This document shows, one piece after another, positions 54,022-64,000 of a stretch of 64,000 bases of DNA (within the stretch, counting starts at the first letter, position 1; every line of letters starts with the position of its first letter). The translations under genes were made by a program, and so were the position numbers. This DNA is from Bdellovibrionales bacterium (GTDB lineage: Bacteria; Bdellovibrionota; Bdellovibrionia; Bdellovibrionales; JAUICD01). The stretch spans positions 2,368,001 to 2,432,000 of the forward strand of contig OZ241865.1 in assembly GCA_965203275.1 (NCBI GenBank), in the 5' to 3' direction. The notes below the pieces were generated by a model, which saw only the letters and a program-made list of their open reading frames with translations, searched no databases and was not told where the DNA came from.

Positions 54022-54352
54022 CTTTATCGGGTTTTATTAAGTTTTACTTTAATTTGTTAATTAATTAAAGTTAATTATACCAAACAAAAAAATAAAGTCA
54101 AGAATAAAGGCAAAAAAAAAGCTTGCAAAGTGGTTTTTAATAAGCACGGGTTATAGTTAGGGCCTGCCAGGGAGCCTGATCACAACACTAAACCACTATT
54201 TTTGATAAAATCTACTTATATATTTAAGTTCTATAGCCTTTTTTCAGATAAATAGGATGATAAACTTCCTTGTGAATTATAAAAAGACCGGCTTGAAAAG
54301 AGCATAAAGGCCGTTTGCTACGGCCTGTATATTCTTATTAAATAGATAATAG

Positions 54353-55276
54353 TTATTCTGCCGACTCTCTTAAGAGTCTTTTCACATCTTCTGAAAGTAC
54401 TCTCTCATAGTCTAAGATACTAAATCCAAAGTTGTCTTCAAGATCGATGTTAGCTCCGGCCTCTAGCAATGCCCTTACAACCTCAATATGGTCTTCAAAA
54501 CTAGCATACATTAAAGCCGTATAGCCATGCCTCTCTTGAAAATCGACGTCCGCACCGGCCGCTAGCAATGCCCTTACAGACTGCAAAAGTCCCTCACGAC
54601 TAGCATACATTAAAACTGTATAGCCGTTTCTGTCTGGAACATCGATGTTAGTACCCTCGTTAGCTACGGCAGCTCCGGCCACTAGCAATGCCCTTACAAC
54701 ACCAAAACAGCCTGCATTATGAGCCGACCATAAAGCTGTCTTGCCTTTTTGGTCTAGCATCTTGACATTAGCTCCGGCATCTAGCAATACCCTTACAACT
54801 TCAATATGGCATTCACGACTAGCATCAGTTAAAGCCGTATCGCCATTTAAAGCCCTTTCGCCAAAATCCGACCTGCCAATTTTTCTTTGAATATTGACGT
54901 CAGCACCGGCCACTATTAATGCCCTTACAACTTCAATATAGCCTCCAGAGCTAGCATCCATTAAAGCAGTATAGCCATAATAAGCTTGAAGATTGACGTT
55001 AGCTCCGGCTGCTAGCAATGCCCTTACAATCTCTATATGACCATATTGGCTTGCTAACATTAAAGCCGTATAGCCATTACTACTTTGATAATTGACGTTA
55101 GCACCTTTTTCTAGCAAATTCCTTATATCCTCTATATCGCCCCATTTAACAGCTTCTATGAAATCCTTATGGATATTTAGAGGTTCATCTCGATGAAAAT
55201 AAAGTTGTGTTCCTTCAACATTTTGACATACAACCATGGACAAAAATAAAAATATAGATATAAAAATATTTCTCAT
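54353..55276 (-). CDS. Ankyrin-repeat exported protein
   Basis: Signal MRNIFISIFLFLSMVVC, ankyrin repeats, LSEDVKRLLRES end. Confidence 0.93.
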   Translation of the reverse strand: MRNIFISIFLFLSMVVCQNVEGTQLYFHRDEPLNIHKDFIEAVKWGDIEDIRNLLEKGANVNYQSSNGYTALMLASQYGHIEIVRALLAAGANVNLQAYYGYTALMDASSGGYIEVVRALIVAGADVNIQRKIGRSDFGERALNGDTALTDASRECHIEVVRVLLDAGANVKMLDQKGKTALWSAHNAGCFGVVRALLVAGAAVANEGTNIDVPDRNGYTVLMYASREGLLQSVRALLAAGADVDFQERHGYTALMYASFEDHIEVVRALLEAGANIDLEDNFGFSILDYERVLSEDVKRLLRESAE

Positions 55277-55614
55277 TGTTTGTTACTCCTTTTAAATGGG
55301 TTTAAATTTTTTTTAAGTTAAATAACAATAAAGTACATACAAGATTAAAACCTTGATTAAAAGGGCTTTTTCTATGTTTTAGAAGTAACCCTTGATAATT
55401 TTTGTAGTTGTATCTTATTTAGGGCCGAAGTCAAGCATTTTTAAGAATTAAGAAAAAAGTGAATAGGAACATCCTCTAAGTAAGTCTAAAGCCCTGCCGA
55501 TAGAGCTTGACGTATTTTGTCTACATTGACCAATTTTGTCTCCCATCAGAAAATCTATTTTACTTAACTTTAGTATTTATAAGGCTTTTAGTCTTTTAGA
55601 CAAAAAGTTAATTA

Positions 55615-55630
55615 TGGCCTATACTTTGCA
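55615..55630 (+). promoter_or_regulatory. Possible sigma54 promoter
   Basis: TGGCCTATACTTTGCA (GG-N10-GC) upstream of 55688. Confidence 0.45.
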
Positions 55631-55687
55631 GGTATATACTTTAATATTATTTTTTTATTCCATAAAACTAAAAAACAAGGAGTTAAA

Positions 55688-56689
55688 GTGAGTATTAAAT
55701 TTTATAAAACCATATTGTTAGTTATATTTTGTTTATCTTTCATAAGTCCTATAAAATTGCAAGCCTATTGTCAATTTGAAGGATGCGGTGTTTCAAGCAA
55801 TTTAGATGAAGCACCTCTTACACTTCAAGAAGCTCAAGAAATAAAGGAATTCTACACGTCTGTTGAACGTGACTTATCAGACAACCTTGAGGTCTTACAA
55901 GATGGTACTTATCAAGTTAGGTTTTCAGACGACGTCATGGTTGCAATAACTTCTGGAGCTTTTTTCAGAGTAAAAGGAATGTTTGATAATAAAGTGACAA
56001 TTGTGGATGAAACACGGATTGAAGAAATAAGGCAGGACAGGATAAGAGACCGAGAGACTAAAGAGATTGTAAAACATGAATATGAAAGCGGTAATAAGCG
56101 TTTAAAAAAGCTTTTAAAAGAATACCCCCGTGTATCTATAGAAGAGACACCTGATAAAATGACCACTTATATTGATGGACCTAGAGGGAATTATCGCATT
56201 GGCATTTTTCGCAAATTAAAACTTTATCCTCAGGGATATGATGAACGTTACAATAACAGTACTTTACGCTTTTATCGTAAAGTTGGTGGGAAATGGATAA
56301 AAGCAACCCAGGATTTGGTGTCAACAGAAATGCATTTGTACTACCTTTTAAGTAAAGAAGACAAACATATAACTACAGCAATAAACTCATTACAGTCAAG
56401 AAGGGGTTTTAATAGGTATCTAAGAGCAAGGAATATCACGTGGCCCTTGAGTGTAAATAGACTTGTAAGAGCTGGCAGATTTGTAGGTCGATGGACCTTT
56501 CGAGCTGTTTTAGCTGGTGCGAGCATTGTAGGTGGTCAATTGCTTTTTGAACATGCTCAAGAGAATCACCCGGAAGAAACAGAGCTTGTTATAAATATCA
56601 CTAAAGAGCAATGGGAAATTTTGTCCACTAACGTAAGAGGCATCATCGAAGAGCTTTCTGAAAACGTCCTTAGTGAACTTGAATTATAA
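55688..56689 (+). CDS. Secreted protein, family X member 3 with internal insertion
   Basis: Signal peptide shared with 57358; N- and C-terminal parts resemble 17139/21914 proteins. Confidence 0.8.
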   Translation: MSIKFYKTILLVIFCLSFISPIKLQAYCQFEGCGVSSNLDEAPLTLQEAQEIKEFYTSVERDLSDNLEVLQDGTYQVRFSDDVMVAITSGAFFRVKGMFDNKVTIVDETRIEEIRQDRIRDRETKEIVKHEYESGNKRLKKLLKEYPRVSIEETPDKMTTYIDGPRGNYRIGIFRKLKLYPQGYDERYNNSTLRFYRKVGGKWIKATQDLVSTEMHLYYLLSKEDKHITTAINSLQSRRGFNRYLRARNITWPLSVNRLVRAGRFVGRWTFRAVLAGASIVGGQLLFEHAQENHPEETELVINITKEQWEILSTNVRGIIEELSENVLSELEL

Positions 56690-56789
56690 GTCCTTATAAT
56701 CATCCATTTATAGGTTTTATCCTTAAGCAAGTCTAAAGCCCGTCTTTAATTTTTCTAAACCCCTATATTTCCATAGTTTTTATAAGGAA

Positions 56790-57278
56790 ATTTTTCCTTA
56801 ACATTTCACTCAAAATGCATCATGCCATCTTTTGCACTTGAAATGAACCACACCTCTGGTGTGTTTTTTGGTGTTGCCTGCAAAGGCTTTCGCCTTTGAC
56901 AAAATAGGCAACACCTAAAAAATCCATTCATTTCAAGTAAGAAAGGATATCCTTGCCACTTGACATCATGTTAAGGAAAATGTCCCTCTAATGGTAGTTA
57001 GCCCGACGGCTACCGCCGTCGATCAAAGGCTAACCGCCTCAAAAGCTTGTTCAATTTTAGGAAGAAGAATCTCTTCGTCTCTTGACCACATGTTAAGGAA
57101 AAAGTTCCTTCTTACACCTTGGGCAATGACCGCGTTTGTTTCACTAAAAATAAACCAGCCGTTTGTTTCACTAAAAGTGGTCAGGCTTTCTAGGTGATGA
57201 CCATTTTATCGACGGCGAAAGCCGTCGTGGTCATCGCCAGAAAGTGGCCAGAGGTCAGACCACTTTTAGTGAAAAAAG
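56790..57278. repeat. Cluster 6 of palindromic elements
   Basis: Copy 56834-56978 (-) plus partial copies on both strands. Confidence 0.9.
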
Positions 57279-57357
57279 CGGCTTGACTTTAGAAAGGTTA
57301 TGTGGTATATTTGCATTAAGTAAAATTATGTAACCCCTAAACAAAGAAGGAGTCAAA

Positions 57358-58044
57358 ATGAATATTAAGTTTTATCAAACCATGGTTTTAGTTGTATTTT
57401 GTTTATCTTTTCTAAGTCCTATAAAATTGCAAGCCTATTGTCAATTTGAAGGATGCGGTGATTCAAGCAATACGACTTTAATAAGTGCCATCCTTAGTGG
57501 AGATATAGAGGCTGTAAGGTCATCTCTAGCGAATGGAGCTGACGCCAATTATCAAGACAAATATAGTGGTTTTACGGCTTTAATGGGTGCTAGTGAGAAA
57601 GGCCATATAGATATTGTAAGGTTATTGCTAGAAAATGGTGCGGACGTCGATCTTTTAAAAGATTTTTATGGTAATACGGCTTTAATACATGCTAGTCGTG
57701 AAGGCCATATAGAAATTGTAAAGATATTGCTAGCGGCTGGTGCGGACGTCAATCATCAAAACAAAATAGGCAGGACGGCTTTATATTATGCTAGTTCTGA
57801 AGGCCATATAGATATTGTAAGGTTATTGCTAGAAAATGGTGCAGACGTTAATCATCAAGACAGTGGTGTTGGCTACACGGCTTTAATGATTGCTAGTTTT
57901 GAAGGACATATAGAGGTTGTAAGGGCATTGCTAGCGGCCGGAGCTAACGTTGATCCTGAAGACATTGCAGGATTGAGTATCTTAGACTATGAGGATTTTC
58001 TTTCAGAAGATGTGAAAAGACTTTTAAGAGAGTCGACAGAATAA
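57358..58044 (+). CDS. Secreted ankyrin-repeat protein (chimeric)
   Basis: Signal/N-terminus of 55688 type; ankyrin body and end of 54353 type. Confidence 0.93.
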   Translation: MNIKFYQTMVLVVFCLSFLSPIKLQAYCQFEGCGDSSNTTLISAILSGDIEAVRSSLANGADANYQDKYSGFTALMGASEKGHIDIVRLLLENGADVDLLKDFYGNTALIHASREGHIEIVKILLAAGADVNHQNKIGRTALYYASSEGHIDIVRLLLENGADVNHQDSGVGYTALMIASFEGHIEVVRALLAAGANVDPEDIAGLSILDYEDFLSEDVKRLLRESTE

Positions 58045-58066
58045 CTATCTATTTAATAAGAATATA

Positions 58067-58090
58067 AAGGCCGTAGCAAACGGCCTTTAT
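58067..58090 (+). terminator. Hairpin shared downstream of ankyrin genes
   Basis: AAAGGCCGT-AGCAA-ACGGCCTTT; related copies near 19100, 51552 and 54306. Confidence 0.7.
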
Positions 58091-58130
58091 GCTCATCATG
58101 CTTAAACTTTAAAATTAAAGGATTATGTGA

Positions 58131-58345
58131 TTAATCAACACCATTGGCCTCGTTTGCTAATACCTTGGCATCACTCATGGTCCATTCGTCATAACGACTG
58201 CCACCAATATAATACCTATTGCACCGATTGTAAATGTCACCGATGTTAAATTGCTATTATTGACTCCACCAAGGTTTGGTGTACACGTATTAGTTGTTGG
58301 TGCAGTATTGCTACAACTGTTTGCACCAATTTTCAAACCTAATTT
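58131..58345 (-). pseudogene. Type IV pilin-like C-terminal fragment, frameshifted
   Basis: ..NSCSNTAPTTNTCTPN..TFTIGAIG / YIGGSRYDEWTMSDAKVLANEANGVD*; no N-terminal prepilin helix. Confidence 0.55.
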
Positions 58346-58380
58346 CCTTATTTTTTAAAAAAATGCAGAGAAATGAAAGC

Positions 58381-59210
58381 CTTGTTTCCTTAACATTTCA
58401 CTCAAAATGAACTGGCCTCTGGCTACTTTTGAGCTGGATCTTCAATTTATTTCTTAAATTTCAAAATCATTTCCCTGAGACCAGACTCTTTCCCATTCAT
58501 ATCATTAGCTTTTACAACCTTTCATCTTATTTGGCTTTGAAATTCTGTGCTTACAAATAAAAAATCTGGATGCGAATGGTAATGGGCAATCAGCCCGACG
58601 GCTCACGCCGTCGTAAAAAGCTGGCTACCTCAAAAGCTTGTTCATTTTGAGTAGAGGAGGATCTCCTCATTCTCTACACCATGTTAGGGAAACAAGGTAT
58701 GCTTCTAAAATGTTTTTAGGGAGCAAACGGATTGCAAATAAAACACTTTTTCCTTAACATGGTGTTAAAAAACGAAGGGATCCTCCCTACTAAAAGTGGT
58801 CAAGCTTTCTAGGCAATGACCATTTTATCGACGGCGAGAGCCTTTGCAGGCAACACTCAAGGTGTAAGAAGGAACTTTTTCCTTAACATGTAGTTATGAG
58901 ACGAGGAGATCCTCCCTTACTAAAAGTAAACGGACTTTTGAGGTAGCCAGCCTTGATGAAGGAACTTTTTCCTTAACATTGTGTTAAAAAAGGAAAGGAT
59001 CTTTCCTACTAAAAATAAACGGATTTTTGAGGTATTGCTCTTTTTGGACAGCGTAAGCTGTCAGAGCAATGCCCAAAAACAGCCAGAGGCTGGTTTATTT
59101 TTAGTGAAAAAGATAAGAAGGCGAATAGCCTTCGGCTGGCTACCCAAAAGTGACCAGAGGTCAGTTTACTTTTAGTGAAACAGAGGTCAGTTCAATTTTA
59201 GGGAAAACAA
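58381..59210. repeat. Cluster 7 of palindromic elements
   Basis: Full copy 58968-59108 (+); interrupted copy 58395-58693 (-); fragments. Confidence 0.9.
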
Positions 59211-59225
59211 CGGCTACTTTTTTTA

Positions 59226-59707
59226 ATGTTAAAGCTCATCAAGACCTTATTTTCACGATGGTTTGACATACTTTGGTCTACATGATAAGATAAATATAAG
59301 TTTATGCAGGGGGTTAAAGCTTTTATTGATTTTTTAAAAGAATATATATATGGTGAGTGTATGAAAAAGAAAATAAGGGTTATTTTAGTATTAGTATTTT
59401 TTCTATCTAATGAGACATTTATTCTATGGCCTTGTCCTAAAGTCACATTCGATGGCATTAAACAATCAATGATGGATAAGTTAGAGAGAACGCTTATAAC
59501 TTATTTTTTCCCTTTAATTGTTCCACTGACTCATCCTACCATTTAAATCAGGTTAGTTCCGGCTGATTAAATCATCACACTTTCAGAATTTGTAAATGCC
59601 ACTAAACTTCTTTATTAAAAAAACCGATAGATATTCTGACAGTCCAGTCCATGCCTAAACCTACAACTTGCCTGATAAATAAGAACATGGATGCATGAAA
59701 ATAAAAC
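59226..59707 (+). repeat. Conserved ~480-bp 5' cassette, copy 2
   Basis: Near-identical to 52913-53396. Confidence 0.92.
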
Positions 59708-59730
59708 TAAAAACTAAAAGGAGAGAAATA

Positions 59731-60078
59731 ATGGAATTAGTATATGAAACTCTACCAATAATAGGTATTCTTGTAGGTATCTTTATAATTGGTGTCTTTA
59801 GTGTTGTAGGCAGTTTAATTATGATAAATAATGTTCTAAATAAACCTATCAAAGCAGAAGTGGATTTTGTTAAGGAACAAGCTATTTCTACAAAAAAAGA
59901 CATGGAAGACATTAAAAAGCAAGTATATAATCATATACCTACCGAGATTAAGAAAATTCAAGAAGATAATGTGAAAATAATAAAAGTTATAGAACTATTG
60001 TCTGAAAATGTTAATAGGTTATTAAAGCTCCAGGAAAAGAAACCTCATAATAATTTGACACCATCAAATATAGGATAA
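59731..60078 (+). CDS. Small TM + coiled-coil protein (YNHIP family, member 3)
   Basis: AGGAG RBS before ATG 59731; TM segment; QVYNHIPTEI. Confidence 0.8.
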   Translation: MELVYETLPIIGILVGIFIIGVFSVVGSLIMINNVLNKPIKAEVDFVKEQAISTKKDMEDIKKQVYNHIPTEIKKIQEDNVKIIKVIELLSENVNRLLKLQEKKPHNNLTPSNIG

Positions 60079-60220
60079 TATACTATAATTAATTTCTACT
60101 GTTGTAGATTAGATACAATTTGAGATTTGGTGATCTCTATCATCTAAAGATCATCTAAAGATAGGGATTGACTTATAAATTGACTTATAAGAGGATATGA
60201 AAAGTAAAGTTTCCATATTA

Positions 60221-60249
60221 AAAGAGGCCCTTGTGGCCTCTTTTTTTTT
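60221..60249 (+). terminator. Intrinsic terminator
   Basis: Same hairpin as at 53769. Confidence 0.85.
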
Positions 60250-60630
60250 ATATACATTAATTGCATGCAGTGTGTCAGTGTTCTACTAAATTCTTATAGA
60301 TAAGGAATTAATCTCTCTAAAATAGCAGTGGTAAAATTGTGGGCAATAGGAGGTTTATATGTTTTTTAAAATTATATTTGTCATTTTATCGACTATTTCA
60401 ATTTTAGTGGCTTGGGCTAAGAATAATGATAAGAGAGAGATTGTGGTTAATATTATTCAATGCCATGATAAACCATCTAAAGTCAGGGCTTAGCGATATT
60501 CCTTTATAAGCATGGCTTATAGTAAGTCCTGAGTTTGATAGCCTGCAAAAATAAAGTTGAGCAGTAGGTTATAAGCGTAATAAGATTTTGTGCCACTAGG
60601 TTTTTGTTTTGTGGCAGATTGAGGAAAGTC

Positions 60631-60957
60631 TTATTTTTGTTGCTTTTTCTGTTGTTGTTTATTGAATTGAGCATAACGTTTTTGAAATCTTTCTACACGA
60701 CCTTCCACATCTACCAACTTTTGCTTGCCTGTATAAAAAGGATGACATACATTGCAAATATCTAAGTATATCTCTGGGAGAGTAGAACCTGTTACAAAGG
60801 AGTTTCCACACACACAAGAAACCTTTGCTTGTGCATGCCATTGGAGCTTAGGGGCTTTTTTCTGACTTTTTAGCTTGTCTCGTTGTGGTTTAGAAGGCTT
60901 TGAATCTGAAGCCTTTGATTGTAATTTTTGTGGAGATTGATTTTTTTGTTTTTGCAT
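60631..60957 (-). CDS. rpmE: 50S ribosomal protein L31 (Zn type) with Lys/Gln-rich N-terminal extension
   Basis: [20 protein letters not shown] and GRVERF motifs. Confidence 0.93.
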   Translation of the reverse strand: MQKQKNQSPQKLQSKASDSKPSKPQRDKLKSQKKAPKLQWHAQAKVSCVCGNSFVTGSTLPEIYLDICNVCHPFYTGKQKLVDVEGRVERFQKRYAQFNKQQQKKQQK

Positions 60958-61052
60958 GATAATACCTTTTTATATTTTGATCCCTTTACTTTTTTATCTT
61001 TTTTAAAATCTTTTTCATTAAATATAAATGCTATAATGTAATAAAATAATTT

Positions 61053-61466
61053 TTAATTTTCTAATTTTTTGTCTTCAACAAGAGCAAGCCTCAATCTTGC
61101 CTTTTGAGCTTTGAGGGCATTGCTCTCAAAGTTTTTCCCTTTTTCCATAGCATCTGTAGCCTCTTTCAATGCTCTCATAGCTCTTTTTTTATCGATGTTT
61201 TCTGGAACTTCTGCTGTTTCAGCTAATACATTCACAGTATTATTGAAAACCTCTAAATATCCCCAAAAAATAGCAACCTTATGCACAAAAGACTGCCTCT
61301 TTTGTTTATACTTTAAAAGCCCTACACCTAATGTAGTCAATAAGGGAGCATGGTCTTTTAAAACCTCAATTTCCCCTTGAGTGGCCACAGCTTGAAGGCT
61401 TTCAATGGGTAGATTGAAGGCTAGCTTTTGAGTAGGAGTCAATAAAGTCAACTGAAGATCACTCAT
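61053..61466 (-). CDS. atpC: ATP synthase epsilon subunit
   Basis: LLTP, GEIEVLKDHAPLLTTL and GYLEV...VLAETAE motifs. Confidence 0.93.
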   Translation of the reverse strand: MSDLQLTLLTPTQKLAFNLPIESLQAVATQGEIEVLKDHAPLLTTLGVGLLKYKQKRQSFVHKVAIFWGYLEVFNNTVNVLAETAEVPENIDKKRAMRALKEATDAMEKGKNFESNALKAQKARLRLALVEDKKLEN

Positions 61467-62876
<1,410 letters not shown>

Positions 62877-63025
62877 TCAAAGCTCCTTCTTTTTAGCTGA
62901 TAACAGTTCTTATACTATAAGGCCTATTTTTGTATCAAATAGTTTATAAAGGCAAGAAAAAAATTAGATTTTAAAAGGTTTTATTTTATTCCAAGCAAAT
63001 CTAAAACTACAAAGCTAAAATTGAT

Positions 63026-64000
63026 CTATAAATTAAATTCTAAAGGCTTGCCGTAAGGTCGGCCAATAAACTCTTCATCCCATAAGGCAACATGGCCTTC
63101 AATGATAGAAGCTACAGGCCAGCCATGAACAGTCATGCCATCGTAGGGTGTCCACCGACATTTGCTTTCAATCCAATCATTTGTAATTGTTTTTTTCTTC
63201 TTCAAATCAACAATACTCAAATTTGCTAATTGATCGGGTGCTATAAAACCCATACCTTGAATACCATAGATCTTTGCAGGATTTATACAGAGAAGTTCAA
63301 CAACTCGTTGTAAAGTGAGTTTTTTTTGAAAACACATATTGAGCATCACAGGTAATAAGGTTTGTACACCCGGCATACCTGAAGGACTCTTAGGATAAGA
63401 CTTTTGTTTCTCACTTAAGAGATGCGGAGCATGGTCAGAACCTATCACGTCTACCGTGCCATCTAAAACAGCTTGCATGATACGTTCTTGATGTCTCTTT
63501 GAACGGATAGGAGGGTTCATTTGAATTAAACTACCTAAGCGATCATAATCCTCTGGAAAAGAAAATATCAAATATTGTGGTAGAGTTTCAACAGTCACAA
63601 GATTGTCTTTATAACGTTTGAGAAAGTTCATTTCCTCTGCGGTAGAAACATGTAAAATATGAATCTTTTTTTTGAAAGTTTTAGCTAGCTTGACAATACG
63701 TCGGGTGGCTATGAGAGCTGTTTGTTCATTTCTCCACTCAGGATGAAAATGACTTGTTGCCTTATGAGGGATTAACTTTTCTCTTTCATTGAGCAAATCT
63801 TCATCTTCACAGTGAAAAGCTGCTCTCCTTTGGATCACCTGTAATAGTTTTTTGAGGTCTTCTTGTTGATGAACACAAAGACCACCTGTGGACTTCCCTA
63901 AAAAAACCTTTACACCACAGCAACCAGGAGATTGCTCTAATTCGCCTAGTTGCTCTATATTGAAAGGCAAACAGCCCATAAATAAGGCAAAATCTACCCA
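63026..64000 (-). CDS. pyrC: Dihydroorotase (type I), 5'-truncated by window
   Basis: HCED, HILHVST, MNPPIR, GSDHAPH, SGMPGVQT and NPAKIYG motifs. Confidence 0.9.
   Translation of the reverse strand, partial: WVDFALFMGCLPFNIEQLGELEQSPGCCGVKVFLGKSTGGLCVHQQEDLKKLLQVIQRRAAFHCEDEDLLNEREKLIPHKATSHFHPEWRNEQTALIATRRIVKLAKTFKKKIHILHVSTAEEMNFLKRYKDNLVTVETLPQYLIFSFPEDYDRLGSLIQMNPPIRSKRHQERIMQAVLDGTVDVIGSDHAPHLLSEKQKSYPKSPSGMPGVQTLLPVMLNMCFQKKLTLQRVVELLCINPAKIYGIQGMGFIAPDQLANLSIVDLKKKKTITNDWIESKCRWTPYDGMTVHGWPVASIIEGHVALWDEEFIGRPYGKPLEFNL

Overview
AT-rich bacterial chromosome segment. Its gene content (TadG-like pilus protein, CarD, mevalonate kinase, NadD-RsfS fusion, AmgK/MurU pair) resembles Bdellovibrionota; many secreted ankyrin proteins suggest a host-associated lineage (both are inference). 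Housekeeping genes (tsaC, purD, ftsK, rpe, fmt, rluB, obgE, nadD, tRNA-Gln, surA, coaC, ribB, carD, thiBPQ, cdsA, rpmE, atpDC, pyrC) alternate with accessory blocks. Three features stand out. (1) A ~145-bp non-coding element family has at least 14 near-complete copies in 7 clusters. The copies keep one branched fold while the stem sequences covary, carry GNNA loops and TGTTTC...GAAACA ends, and nest inside one another. (2) Simple-sequence-repeat switches: a (TC)n-containing leader ORF precedes two paralogous lipoproteins (one in frame, one stopped), and a shared promoter/RBS/poly-C leader precedes two unrelated large genes (both out of frame). (3) Secreted proteins are built as mix-and-match cassettes with swapped signal peptides, shared flanks and a recurrent junction motif, next to two silent pilin-like 3' fragments. 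No CRISPR array, integrase, reverse transcriptase or HUH transposase is visible; one Rpn/YhgA-like nuclease is present. All product calls come from motif recognition by eye, not from database searches.
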